DNA of 64,000 nt from an uncultured candidate division Zixibacteria bacterium (GCA_963735035.1 CAVTJJ010000004.1:1504001-1568000); one strand, 5' to 3'; positions 18,861 to 28,902 are shown, counted from the first letter of the stretch. The notes: a model not told the origin generated them from the letters alone. Numbers and translations: made by a program.

Positions 18861-21329
18861 ATGTCCACAGATAGACGGCAGAGTAGGAAGAAATCTCTCT
18901 CGGATGCAATTTCAGTTCTTCCCAAAGAACTTCAAATTCGCCTTGCTTCAATGAAGCATGATTTTGCGGCCGCTTCAGACGCGGCTCTGTATTTTGCTCA
19001 CAATGGCTATCAGTCGGTCATCGCAGATCTACTTGAGCCCCATAGATCGACCGCCTCGCAGTTGAACGCCGAGGATAACCGCAAACTTCAACTCCTTCTG
19101 GCCTGGGGCTTGATATCGTCCCGTCGCTTTACCGACGTAGAAAATATCCTCGATCAGTACATGGGCTCTAATCCGAATGATCCGGATTGCCGGTTACTCG
19201 AAATTGGAAAGAAATACGCCCTGCGTGAATACGAAGCCGTCGTTGACCTTGCCGCCTCATATCTGAAAAAGCTCGGCGACCGACGCGAGAATGCGCGTCC
19301 TGACCGGCTCTTCGCCGCGCCGGCCTTTCGAGCGCAAATATTGGAATGGTACGGCGAGGCGCTGGCTCAGTGTGAGCAGGATGAAAACGCCCTCCTGGCG
19401 TTTCTTCAGGCGGTCGATTGCGCTCCTGATAACCAGAACGCCTATATCGGACTAGTGCGGACGCTCGTGCGTCTGAATAGACGCGACGAAGCATCGCAGT
19501 GGATCGCGTCGGGAATCGAGCGGTGTGCCGATCATCAGGAATTGACTATGCTCCGCGAATATCTGCTCGAACGACCGCGAATATCGGCCTGCATGATTGT
19601 CAAGAACGAGGAACGGTTGCTGCCGGAATGTTTAGAGTCAATTCGTGATTGGGTAGATGAAATCATTGTCGTCGATACCGGTTCCACCGATAAGACTCAA
19701 GCGATTGCCGAGGAATTCGGCGCGAAGGTCTTTGAACAGGCCTGGGCGGGTGATTTCTCGAGACATCGCAACTATTCAATCGAGCAGGCCACCGGTGACT
19801 GGATATTTATAATCGATGCCGATGAGCGCTTTGTTGTCGACGATGTTCCGGCTGTAATCGACGTCATGCGGGAAGGCCGGGTGGCGGCTCTGTCCGTGGG
19901 GGTCTATAATGTTTACGGCCACGACGCCGAACGAGTGACCTTCGCCAATTCGATCCGCTTCTTCAAGAGAGAACTAAATCTCCGATATGCCGGCATAGTC
20001 CACAACGCTCTTGCTTTGCCGTCAGGGCTGGCTATAGGTCGTACGCGGGCGCGGATAGAGCATCTCGGGTATGATCTTCCGCCGGAGCAAATGGCCGCAA
20101 AATTTCAGCGAACCAGGGCACTCCTTCAGAAGCAGTTGACCGAGAACCCCGATGACACTTTCGCGCTTTTCAATTATGCCGAATTGCTGAGAGGTGTCGA
20201 GCCGATTCTTAGCGACGAAAACGCCGGGGAGATTATTCAGGCCGCCGAAAACGTGGTCAGGCTGATTCCTGAAGAAAATATCGAGCAGCGTCATCTGAGG
20301 CTCATGGCGCTGAACCAACTGGCCGTTGCGTACCTGGCTCGCAAAGACTTTTCGAACGCCGTTGAATATTGCCGTCGGGCGCTGTCGCTACGCTCGAATT
20401 ACCTCGATGCGTTGTTCAATTCGGGACTCGCCTTGTACGGCCTGCGGAATTACCGCGCGGCGATAGTTCAGTTTGAAGCTTATCTGAAATTCCAGTCTAC
20501 ATTTGATATTGCAGCAGAGGAAATGCCGCTGATTCTGAGTTTCCCCGACGCCTCCGATCTTGCTCACAATAGCCTCGGGGCTCTCTATGAATTGGTCGGT
20601 GAGCCGGATAACGCCATAAGTCATTACCTGAGAGTCATGCAAAAGAACCCGCGCTTTCGGGAGACAGCCGTCCGCCTGGCACAGCTCTACGCCGTTAGAC
20701 AGGACTTCAAATCGGCGGAGCGCTGGTTTGGTCATCAATTGTCGTTTCGTCCAACCCGTGATGCCTTTCTGGGAATGGCATCGGTTCTCTTTGAAACAGG
20801 TCGCTTCGACCAGGCGGAGTCGCATTACCGTCAGGCTATCGCCCAGTTCGGCGCCTGCTGGTCGGCCGAAAACGACCTTGGCAACAGCCTCTACAAGCAA
20901 GGGCGCTTTGGGGACGCCGAGCAACACTATCTTAGGGCGGCTGAACTGAGCCCCAACGAACCCAAGACTTTTCAGAATCTTGCCTTGGCTCAGATTGCCC
21001 AGGGACGTCGCCGGGAGGCGATTGCGACCCTGGAACATTATATTGAGGTCTGTCCGACTGATCCGGTCGGGTGGCAACTTATGGCCGAACAGCTACTTGC
21101 TTCGGGAAACTGGCCTGAAGCTCAGGCCTGTTTTGAAAATACTCTTCGCCTTAGTTCCAGGAATGTGACGGCCCTGGCAGGCCTCGCCGATTGTTATCTC
21201 AATATGGGACAAGCTGATGCGGCCGCGTTTGGATATCGGAAGCTGCTCGAAATAGATCCGAACAATACTCGGGCTCAAGAGCGCCTGGCGGCGATTGAAG
21301 AGGTTGCTGATCGTTTTCAGGGGCGATAG
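18861..21329 (+). CDS. TPR-GT2-TPR glycosyltransferase, probable flagellin glycosyltransferase
   Basis: ISACMIVKNEE..VDEIIVVDTGSTD, IDADE and HLGY motifs, flanked by TPR repeats; adjacent to fliC. Confidence 0.88.
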   Translation: MSTDRRQSRKKSLSDAISVLPKELQIRLASMKHDFAAASDAALYFAHNGYQSVIADLLEPHRSTASQLNAEDNRKLQLLLAWGLISSRRFTDVENILDQYMGSNPNDPDCRLLEIGKKYALREYEAVVDLAASYLKKLGDRRENARPDRLFAAPAFRAQILEWYGEALAQCEQDENALLAFLQAVDCAPDNQNAYIGLVRTLVRLNRRDEASQWIASGIERCADHQELTMLREYLLERPRISACMIVKNEERLLPECLESIRDWVDEIIVVDTGSTDKTQAIAEEFGAKVFEQAWAGDFSRHRNYSIEQATGDWIFIIDADERFVVDDVPAVIDVMREGRVAALSVGVYNVYGHDAERVTFANSIRFFKRELNLRYAGIVHNALALPSGLAIGRTRARIEHLGYDLPPEQMAAKFQRTRALLQKQLTENPDDTFALFNYAELLRGVEPILSDENAGEIIQAAENVVRLIPEENIEQRHLRLMALNQLAVAYLARKDFSNAVEYCRRALSLRSNYLDALFNSGLALYGLRNYRAAIVQFEAYLKFQSTFDIAAEEMPLILSFPDASDLAHNSLGALYELVGEPDNAISHYLRVMQKNPRFRETAVRLAQLYAVRQDFKSAERWFGHQLSFRPTRDAFLGMASVLFETGRFDQAESHYRQAIAQFGACWSAENDLGNSLYKQGRFGDAEQHYLRAAELSPNEPKTFQNLALAQIAQGRRREAIATLEHYIEVCPTDPVGWQLMAEQLLASGNWPEAQACFENTLRLSSRNVTALAGLADCYLNMGQADAAAFGYRKLLEIDPNNTRAQERLAAIEEVADRFQGR

Positions 21330-21362
21330 ACCCAAACTGCAAGAAAAGCCGGGGTGGGGGTA

Positions 21363-21389
21363 TTAAGTTCGCCAAATATGTGTCGATTA
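21363..21389 (+). promoter_or_regulatory. sigma28-type flagellin promoter
   Basis: TTAAG-N14-GTCGATTA, about 215 nt upstream of fliC. Confidence 0.65.
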
Positions 21390-21429
21390 TGAACATAAGA
21401 AAATGTATGAGGTCTAGACAGGCGACTAA

Positions 21430-21601
21430 ATTGGAAATACTGGTCTCTCAGAGGAGGAAACCCCACGCATTGCAGATCTCAAGGTGTTCATGGGATACTG
21501 ATCACCGGAACGAGACCGTAAACATAGGAAGTGCAGGTCATCCTGATGTGGAAACAAAGAGGGTAAGGAAACCTTAATAAACAGTCACGGAGGAGTTGAC
21601 T
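21430..21601 (+). promoter_or_regulatory. GGA-rich flagellin 5' leader with multiple putative CsrA sites
   Basis: 10 GGA trinucleotides in about 170 nt; the SD lies in the loop of AGTCA-cggaggagt-TGACT. Confidence 0.65.
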
Positions 21602-21602
21602 C

Positions 21603-23798
21603 ATGGCACTTCGCATTAACCACAACATCGCGTCGTTGAACGCCAACCGGAACCTCGGTTTGACAACCGGCAGCATGGAAAAGTCCATGCAGAAGCTGTC
21701 ATCCGGCTTCCGTATCAACGTCGCTTCTGACGATCCCGCCGGTCTGGTGATTTCGGAACAGTTCCGGGCCCAGATTGCCGGTCTGAACCGCGCTATCCAG
21801 AACTCGGAAGGATCGATCAGCATGATTCAGACGGCTGAAGGCGCTCTCACTGAAATCAACAACCTGTTGATCTCCATGAGAGAACTGGCCATTCACGCCG
21901 CCAACGAAGGCTTCAACGACAGCGATCAGTTGGCTGCCGACCAGGCCGAAATTGAACAAGCGGTCAAGACGATCGACCGTATCGCTGCCAACACTCAGTT
22001 TGGCACGAAGAAGCTGCTCGACGGTTCCAAGGAAAACGTCGCCAGCATCACGTCGAACAACAACACCGATCTGACGATCAAGTCGTCCGGGTTGACGTCC
22101 GGCACGCACTATGTGACAACCACCAAGGTTGCCGATTCAACCTCAACTCTGAACGTTCAGAACTATGGGTTGACGCTGTCGAATACCGACGGTGATCCGT
22201 ACAATCTAACCGGTGGCGTGCACAACATCGACGTCGTGCAGTCTTCCGCCGGTGCCGAGAAGGTTTCGGGCGTAGTTACCAACGTTGGTGACGATGCGTT
22301 CGGTAATGCCTTCCAGATCGACGCCACCCCGCAGGCTGCTTCCATCGTGGGCGGCGCTGCCATTGGCGCGGTGATCGCCGCTGGAGTAGGCACCTATACC
22401 TACTACGTGAACTATCAGGAAAACGGCGGCTCCCCGACCGGCGTGCAGTCATTGGCGATTGACGTCGAGCTCGGTGACGTGACCGCTGACTTTGCTACCA
22501 AGCTCAGTGCTGCCATTGCGGCTAACTCTGAGCTGGCCGGCAAAGTTACGGCTACCGACGGCGGTGTCGGTGTTGGTCTCAAGCTGGAAGCTGTCAACGA
22601 GGGCGCCCAGTACTCGCTTCAGACACTGGCCACTACGTCGACCGCTGCTACGGCCGTCGCCAACTCCGACCTCGGTGCAGCCGACTCCCGCGGCTATTCC
22701 AACAGCATTCTGAACTTTGATTGGAATACTTCCGCCGGCGCCAACGTCGCTACCGACCTGACGCTTACGGATGGCACTTACGCCACGCTGCAGGATCTAG
22801 TCGACGAGATCAATGTCCAGATAGCAGCTACCGCCTCTCTGGCTACTGGCTCGGCCACCGACTACGAAATAAACGCCGAAGTGTACGACACCAACAAGAT
22901 CCGGTTCACCACTCGCGACCAGGGTTCACTCTACACCCTGAAGATGAATGCCGGAACCGGTACTGAAGGCGCCGACAACCTTCGCTCTGCTTTGAGTCTC
23001 ACGACCGACGCGGCTGCCAACGAAGGCACCAATGCGGTCATTTCGTTTGACGGTTACACCAACACGATCGACCGGGTTGACTGGGCTCAGTCCACAACCA
23101 CTGCCACTCTGGTCAACGCTGACCTGACCGATGCCGATCGCGGCACCGTGACCATGGCGGTTGGCACTGGTTTGAACGGTGGCGTTCAGGCCGGCAGCAT
23201 GCTGCTGTCAGTTACCGCGGCTCAGTTTGACGTCCGTTTGGACGGCGGTTCCGCTACCCGGTTCTCCGGTGGCGATTTCGGTACCGTCTACAATTCGGAT
23301 CGTAGCGGCTCGATGCGGCTGCAAGTCGGATTGACTTCCAGCGGCGGCACTGAGACCGTCAACAACACCGACCAGTCGCTGGTCTTCCAGATTGGCGCCA
23401 ACGTCGGTCAGACCGAAGCCATTTCGCTGCGTAACATGGCTTCCACGTCGCTCGGCCGGAATCTGCTCGGCAACCTGTATACGTCGCTGTCACAGATTGA
23501 CGTGACGTCCGTCCAGGGCGCCCAGGATTCCCAGGCGATCATTGATGCCGCCATCAACGAGGTCACCACGACTCGTGGTACGCTCGGTAGCTTCCAGAAG
23601 AATACTCTGGAATCGAACTTGAGAAACCTCGAAATCGCTTCTCAGAACCTGTCGGCTTCTGAGTCCGCGATTCGCGATACCGATATGGCTATGGAAATGT
23701 CGAAGTTCACCAAGGATCAGATCCTGATGCAGGCTGGCGTGGCCATGCTGTCTCAGGCCAACCAGGTCCCGCAGGTGGTACTGTCGCTGTTCCGTTAA
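21603..23798 (+). CDS. fliC: Flagellin (731 aa)
   Basis: MALRINHN, KLSSGFRIN..SDDPAGL, FQIGAN and SAIRDTDMA motifs. Confidence 0.98.
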   Translation: MALRINHNIASLNANRNLGLTTGSMEKSMQKLSSGFRINVASDDPAGLVISEQFRAQIAGLNRAIQNSEGSISMIQTAEGALTEINNLLISMRELAIHAANEGFNDSDQLAADQAEIEQAVKTIDRIAANTQFGTKKLLDGSKENVASITSNNNTDLTIKSSGLTSGTHYVTTTKVADSTSTLNVQNYGLTLSNTDGDPYNLTGGVHNIDVVQSSAGAEKVSGVVTNVGDDAFGNAFQIDATPQAASIVGGAAIGAVIAAGVGTYTYYVNYQENGGSPTGVQSLAIDVELGDVTADFATKLSAAIAANSELAGKVTATDGGVGVGLKLEAVNEGAQYSLQTLATTSTAATAVANSDLGAADSRGYSNSILNFDWNTSAGANVATDLTLTDGTYATLQDLVDEINVQIAATASLATGSATDYEINAEVYDTNKIRFTTRDQGSLYTLKMNAGTGTEGADNLRSALSLTTDAAANEGTNAVISFDGYTNTIDRVDWAQSTTTATLVNADLTDADRGTVTMAVGTGLNGGVQAGSMLLSVTAAQFDVRLDGGSATRFSGGDFGTVYNSDRSGSMRLQVGLTSSGGTETVNNTDQSLVFQIGANVGQTEAISLRNMASTSLGRNLLGNLYTSLSQIDVTSVQGAQDSQAIIDAAINEVTTTRGTLGSFQKNTLESNLRNLEIASQNLSASESAIRDTDMAMEMSKFTKDQILMQAGVAMLSQANQVPQVVLSLFR

Positions 23799-23820
23799 TC
23801 TGGCCATGTCGCTGGATAAG

Positions 23821-23850
23821 AGCCGGGGGGAGATTAAAGCCCCCCCGGCT
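23821..23850 (+). terminator. Strong hairpin after fliC (terminator or mRNA stabiliser; no U-tract)
   Basis: AGCCGGGGGG-N10-CCCCCCGGCT. Confidence 0.6.
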
Positions 23851-23905
23851 CACCTTAAACAACGCTTCAGGCCGACAGTGAAGTCACAGAGTTGATAGGA
23901 AAAAC

Positions 23906-26251
23906 ATGCCAGCTTCAGGTACGATCGAAGGAATCTTCTCGGGGTTAAACACCACCGATATAATAAATTCGATCATCAAGGTGGAGCGCGCTCCGGCTTA
24001 CTTGATGGAAGCCGAGCAATCGCTCAACACCAACATAATCACCACCCTCAAGTCGCTTCAGGCCAAGATTTACGCGGTTCAGTCGCGAGCCCAGCAGCTC
24101 GCCTACAAAGCGGCCTTCCAAAAGACAAATGTCACGGTCTCTGACGATCAGTATCTCACCGCTTCGGCCAGCGGACAGGTAGCGACCGGCTCCTTTGATT
24201 TCCGTGTGTTGTCGGTGGCACGCAACCACCAGATCGCGTCACAGGGTTTCTCGGCTGACGATATCAACGCCCTCGGCACCGGCACGATCCAGATCGGAGT
24301 TGGCTCCGCATCCATGCAGACTCTGACTATCGACGCCAGCAACAATACGCTGACCGGAATCAAAGATGCCATCAACAATGCCAATTTGGGTGTGACCGCC
24401 GCAATTCTGAACGACGGTTCTTCGGGTAACCAATACCGACTGGTGATTACCGCGGATAAGACGGGACTGAGCAACGACATTAACATAGTCTCCGACCTTG
24501 CCGGCGGTCCCGATTTCAACTTCGATACCGCATCGTTCGATGCTCCGGAGTCGCTTTATATGGATTCCGGATCGACTTCCCAGATATCGCTCGGCGCTTC
24601 GGCGGCATACTCTGGAAGCTCCAATAAGAATTACACTTTCACCGTGCAGGGCACCGGCCCACAGACGGTCGGCACCGACAACATCACACTTGACTGGACC
24701 GACGGCACCAACTCCGGTTCTATCGTAGTCACCCAGGCTGACTTCGAGACCGAACTGGTCGGGGCTGGCGCCGAGGGTCTCAAGTTGTCTTTCTCCACGG
24801 GTGAATTGAACGGTGGGGATACCTTCCAGGTTCAGACGTTCGCTCCGCTTCTGCAGGAAGCCTCAAATGCGGCGATTGCGTACGGCGCTTCCGGTGGCGG
24901 CGGGTCGCCCATCACGGTAGTCAGCCAGAACAACAAATTTCAGAATGTCGTAGCCGGGTTGACCCTTGAAGTCAAGCAGGAGACCCCCGCCGGCGAGCAT
25001 GTAACGGTTACGACCGACCCGGATATCGAATCTATAAGGGGCAGTATCCAGGGTCTTCTCGACGCTTACAACGATGCCAATAAGTTTATCGACGACCAGA
25101 ACAAATATGACGCCGAAAAGAAACAGGGCGGCATCCTGCTCGGTGATTCGATCATACAGCAGATGCAATACTCGTTGCGCGGGATGATGAGTTCGACCGT
25201 AAATTCCGACTCCGATAGATATCGCCAGCTCTCGTCGATCGGAATTCGCACCGGCATCGATGGGCAACTGAGCGTCAAGGACTCCTCGCGGCTCGACGAA
25301 GCTCTCAGGGAAGACCTCGACGAAGTCGTATCGTTCTTTACCGACTCCGGCTATACGTCCGGGGGCGGTCTGGAGTTTGTGTCATCGAGTTCGACCACGA
25401 AAGAGGGCGACAACTACAACGTCAACGTGACTCAGGCAGCTACGCAGGGAACTTATGTAGGCGCGACCATAACGGATCCAGGTAGCACTCCGCTGGTGCT
25501 CGACAGCACAAATAATCGTGTACGCCTGCGAGTGAACGGTAAGCTATCGAATGACATCGTCCTGGCCGCCAAGACGTATGACTCGGTCTCGGAACTGGTC
25601 AACGAACTGCAGCAGCGCATCGACGGTGACAGCCGGATCGGCAGTCTCGGCATCGAAGTCACCTGGGTCGATATGGGGTCCGGGCAGGGTCGCCTTGAGC
25701 TTACCAGTTCCACGTACGGCGCGAAATCGGCCGTGCTCATAGATACAACCGTGAGCAACAGTGGGACTGCCTTGATCGGTTTGGATCACGGGGTTGCTAC
25801 GACGGGTGTGGACGTCAAGGGAACCATCGACGGCGAAGAAGCAGTGGGTGCCGGTCAGTATCTTACGGGCAAGAGCGATTCCAAAACCGTCGCCGGTCTC
25901 AAAGTCAAAGTTACTTTGACCGCCGATCAGCTGGGTTCGGATCCGGAGGGTTCGGTCACGCTCTCGAAAGGCATGGCCTCCAAGCTGAGTTCTCTTCTGG
26001 ACGGTCTTACCGCCACCGGCAATGGACTTCTTGATACTCGCATCAAGTCATACACGAATCAGAATACGAATCTGGCAGAAAGAATCACGGAATTTGACGC
26101 TCGCTTAGCGTCGCGCCGCGAGCGACTTACGAAACAGTACCAGGCAATGGAAGACGCCTTGGCGAAGCTCAATTCCACCGGGGACTATATTACCTCGTGG
26201 GCGTCTACCCTAGCCTCCAATTGGGGCAGTAGTTCAAGCAGTTCTAGCTAA
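23906..26251 (+). CDS. fliD: Flagellar filament cap FliD (781 aa)
   Basis: GIFSGLNTTDII, GILLGDS, LSSIGI and C-terminal KQYQAME..L motifs. Confidence 0.95.
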   Translation: MPASGTIEGIFSGLNTTDIINSIIKVERAPAYLMEAEQSLNTNIITTLKSLQAKIYAVQSRAQQLAYKAAFQKTNVTVSDDQYLTASASGQVATGSFDFRVLSVARNHQIASQGFSADDINALGTGTIQIGVGSASMQTLTIDASNNTLTGIKDAINNANLGVTAAILNDGSSGNQYRLVITADKTGLSNDINIVSDLAGGPDFNFDTASFDAPESLYMDSGSTSQISLGASAAYSGSSNKNYTFTVQGTGPQTVGTDNITLDWTDGTNSGSIVVTQADFETELVGAGAEGLKLSFSTGELNGGDTFQVQTFAPLLQEASNAAIAYGASGGGGSPITVVSQNNKFQNVVAGLTLEVKQETPAGEHVTVTTDPDIESIRGSIQGLLDAYNDANKFIDDQNKYDAEKKQGGILLGDSIIQQMQYSLRGMMSSTVNSDSDRYRQLSSIGIRTGIDGQLSVKDSSRLDEALREDLDEVVSFFTDSGYTSGGGLEFVSSSSTTKEGDNYNVNVTQAATQGTYVGATITDPGSTPLVLDSTNNRVRLRVNGKLSNDIVLAAKTYDSVSELVNELQQRIDGDSRIGSLGIEVTWVDMGSGQGRLELTSSTYGAKSAVLIDTTVSNSGTALIGLDHGVATTGVDVKGTIDGEEAVGAGQYLTGKSDSKTVAGLKVKVTLTADQLGSDPEGSVTLSKGMASKLSSLLDGLTATGNGLLDTRIKSYTNQNTNLAERITEFDARLASRRERLTKQYQAMEDALAKLNSTGDYITSWASTLASNWGSSSSSSS

Positions 26252-26269
26252 TAGGAGTATCGTAACTTC

Positions 26270-26707
26270 ATGAAGAAGCAAATGGAAGCCTACCGACACG
26301 CCGACACGATGGGGAAGTCACCCCTCGAACTGGTCTTGATGGTCTATGACGGCGCCATCAAAGCGATGCGGGCGGCCGCCGAGCATTACGCCGTGAATAA
26401 AAACCAGGCTGGCTACGAAGAAATCCAAACCGCCAAGCGGATGGTAACTCATCTGTACACTACGCTCGACCGCGAAAAGGGTGGCGAAGTGACCGAGCAT
26501 CTCGGCAAGATGTACACCTGGGTAATAAGCCAGCTCTACATTCTCGAAGCGACCAAGAATGTCGATCAACTCGATAAAACCATCCAGGTGATGGTCAACC
26601 TGCGCTCTGGATGGGAGACCCTCAGGACTCAGGCGCCGCGAGGCAATGATAAGGCAGAGAAGGCGGCCACCGAAGAGACTCCGGATCATGTTATGGTGAC
26701 GGCCTGA
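26270..26707 (+). CDS. fliS: Flagellin chaperone FliS
   Basis: SPLELVLMVYDGAI, TLDREKGGEV and LRSGW motifs. Confidence 0.95.
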   Translation: MKKQMEAYRHADTMGKSPLELVLMVYDGAIKAMRAAAEHYAVNKNQAGYEEIQTAKRMVTHLYTTLDREKGGEVTEHLGKMYTWVISQLYILEATKNVDQLDKTIQVMVNLRSGWETLRTQAPRGNDKAEKAATEETPDHVMVTA

Positions 26708-26710
26708 GCT

Positions 26711-27169
26711 ATGGATAACACCAGCAATCCCATCACCCAGCTTGAGCAGACCCTTCTTCGGATTCTCAAAGAAGAATACACCTTCTATCAGTCGCTCTAT
26801 ATACTCCTGGACAAACAGAAGGACCTGATCAAGTTCGACCGTGACGAGAACTTGCTCGATCTGTACGCCGAGATCGAACGATGTCAGAGACGGATTCGGG
26901 AATCCGAAGAAAAAGTGACCGCTATCCGCGAACAGAACACGCGACTTTTCAAGCTGGCCTCGGTCTATCCGGAAATCCGTAAGACCGTCAACTCGATTGT
27001 CACTCTGATTAAGAAGAATCTTACGTTAGTTGAAGATAACAAGGAATACGTTGCCAGTCGTCATAAACGCATCAAGACCGAACTTGACGAACTGAGAAGC
27101 AGTCGGAAGATATTGCAGTACATGGCCGACGTCGATCCCTTACCGCATTTCATCGACGGCCAGAAGTAG
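26711..27169 (+). CDS. FlgN/FliT-like helical export chaperone
   Basis: All-helical protein with L..E...YQ.L..L...Q pattern and FID C-terminus; occupies the fliT position. Confidence 0.6.
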   Translation: MDNTSNPITQLEQTLLRILKEEYTFYQSLYILLDKQKDLIKFDRDENLLDLYAEIERCQRRIRESEEKVTAIREQNTRLFKLASVYPEIRKTVNSIVTLIKKNLTLVEDNKEYVASRHKRIKTELDELRSSRKILQYMADVDPLPHFIDGQK

Positions 27170-27196
27170 AATTGGCCGCCGGGGACGCGATCCGGG

Positions 27197-27224
27197 TAAA
27201 GAGTCGGCAGATCACCTCCGATAG
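27197..27224 (+). promoter_or_regulatory. sigma28-type promoter of flgM
   Basis: TAAAG-N15-TCCGATAG. Confidence 0.7.
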
Positions 27225-27243
27225 GATAGGTATAGGTGATGTT

Positions 27244-27576
27244 ATGGAGATAGGACCTTTGTCAAATCGGACACCAGGACCGAAACCCGGTGGGGCGGAA
27301 AACCGCCGTAAGGGACAACCCGGAGAAACTCCGGATCAATCCCGACCTTCCCCCGACCGGATTGAAATTTCGTTCGAAGCCCGTGCCCGGCTGGCCGAAC
27401 TGGCCGATCAGGAACTGGCCAAAGAAGAAACCGAACCGAAATCGGTCGGGTCCGTGGACGTGCCGAAACAGCAGCGGCTGGAACAGATCAGGGAGCGAAT
27501 TGCCTCGGGTTACTACAATGAACCGGAGGTCAAAGCCAAAATCGTCGATCGCCTGATTGACGGTCTGGATGGCTGA
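27244..27576 (+). CDS. flgM: Anti-sigma28 factor FlgM-like protein
   Basis: Disordered N-terminus, DRIEIS..AR and RLEQIRERIASGYY..KIVDRL motifs; AGGTG RBS before ATG 27244. Confidence 0.75.
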   Translation: MEIGPLSNRTPGPKPGGAENRRKGQPGETPDQSRPSPDRIEISFEARARLAELADQELAKEETEPKSVGSVDVPKQQRLEQIRERIASGYYNEPEVKAKIVDRLIDGLDG

Positions 27577-27596
27577 AGTATTCTCAAGGACGGACT

Positions 27597-28481
27597 ATGG
27601 CCACGGCTACAATTGACAACAAGGTAAAGCAGGTAGTTTCCAATATCAGGAACCTGCCCACGCCGCCGATCGTTTTCCATCAGATTCAAAAAGTCATTCA
27701 CGATCCCAAAGTATCGGCCGGGCAGATTGCCAAGATCCTCCAGGAAGATCCGGCCATGTCGGTCAAGGTGCTGAAGCTGACCAACTCAGCCTTCTACGGA
27801 TTACAGCGCGAAATCGAATCGGTCAAGCAGGCTGTCATCATCGTGGGACTGGAAGCTATCAAGAATCTGGTGCTGTCAGCCTCGGTGCTCGACATGTTCA
27901 AGGGCAAAGATATCGACCAGGAATTTCAGGAGAAGTTCTGGCGCCACTCGCTGGCAGTCGGTTTTTGTGCCCGTCTGCTGGCTAAGATGGGACGCGTGCG
28001 TGGCATGCTGGATCCCGATTCAGCCTTCTCCGGCGGCCTTCTGCACGATATAGGCAAAGTCATCATGTGCTGCTTCCTGCAGGCGGAGCACGCGCAGGTT
28101 AAGAAAGAGCGAACTACCGATCAGACTTCGGCCACCTATCTAATCGAAGAACGGGTCCTCGGATACAACCATTGCCAGATCGGCGCCATTCTGGCCGAGC
28201 AGTGGAAACTTCCGCGTCGCCTAACCGATGCCGTCGCGTTCCACCACCATCCTCAGTTGGCCGAAGGCGGAGAGATGACTCCGTACGTCACGCACGTGGC
28301 CAACTACGTCGCCAAGAAGACTTTCTTCGACAGCTATGAGCAGCATCTTATTGGGTCTCTCGAAGCCGGCGTGCTCGACTTTATGCAGCTTACCGAAGCG
28401 GACCTGGACCAACTCGCCGAAAACCTGCGACAGGAATACCTCAAGGCCGAGACCTTCATGCAGATGGTCGGACTCAACTGA
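27597..28481 (+). CDS. Stand-alone HDOD-domain protein
   Basis: LPTPP, DPAMSVKVLKLTNSAFY, FWRHS, GLLHDIGK and WKLP motifs. Confidence 0.93.
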   Translation: MATATIDNKVKQVVSNIRNLPTPPIVFHQIQKVIHDPKVSAGQIAKILQEDPAMSVKVLKLTNSAFYGLQREIESVKQAVIIVGLEAIKNLVLSASVLDMFKGKDIDQEFQEKFWRHSLAVGFCARLLAKMGRVRGMLDPDSAFSGGLLHDIGKVIMCCFLQAEHAQVKKERTTDQTSATYLIEERVLGYNHCQIGAILAEQWKLPRRLTDAVAFHHHPQLAEGGEMTPYVTHVANYVAKKTFFDSYEQHLIGSLEAGVLDFMQLTEADLDQLAENLRQEYLKAETFMQMVGLN

Positions 28482-28505
28482 TTTGGGTAAACGACGAATG
28501 ATGGA

Positions 28506-28543
28506 AGCGGCCCCGGAAGACACTTTCCGAGGCCGCTCTTCTT
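28506..28543 (+). terminator. Probable intrinsic terminator at the end of the flagellar cluster
   Basis: AGCGGCCCCGGAA...TTCCGAGGCCGCT hairpin followed by a pyrimidine run. Confidence 0.55.
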
Positions 28544-28670
28544 GTGTCATTTTGGCCACTTCGGCCAATTTATCGGTCGAAAATGAAGCGGAAGATGCTA
28601 TTTTCGCCAGGGTCTCTGGCTAACGTCTTTCCCGACATGGGGTTTTGATGCAGGCCGGGGAAGAATTCTG

Positions 28671-28699
28671 TTGACAAATTTGTCGCTTAGGTATAAACT
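28671..28699 (+). promoter_or_regulatory. sigma70 promoter for the tRNA-Val/thrS operon
   Basis: TTGACA-N17-TAAACT. Confidence 0.75.
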
Positions 28700-28746
28700 T
28701 ATGGTCCCCTCGGAGTCCGTATGGGCCTGAGCACAGATTGTGGTAT

Positions 28747-28823
28747 GGGCGATTAGCTCAGATGGTTAGAGTGCTTGCTTGACATGCAAGAGGTCACTGG
28801 TTCGATTCCAGTATCGCCCACCA
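28747..28823 (+). tRNA. tRNA-Val (GAC)
   Basis: GGGCGAT/ATCGCCC acceptor stem, anticodon arm CTTGC-TTGACAT-GCAAG, GGTTCGATTCC T-arm, encoded CCA. Confidence 0.98.
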
Positions 28824-28902
28824 TTTGAAACCAGCCGCGGGATGTGTGGAACAGCATTCCAGACAACCCGCTTTAGGTATTGGAACGTTAGGTACTAAGA
28901 CG

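Noticed and set aside
21380..21577. 65-aa ORF in the flagellin leader; c-di-GMP riboswitch
   Set aside because: The ORF starts inside the promoter with no RBS; no GEMM consensus is visible
23855..23878. sigma28 promoter for fliD (TTAAA..GCCGACAG)
   Set aside because: Spacer is only 11 nt
28747..28900. tRNA as an integration site; T-box leader for thrS
   Set aside because: No integrase or duplicated tRNA 3' end; the spacer is too short and lacks a T-box motif
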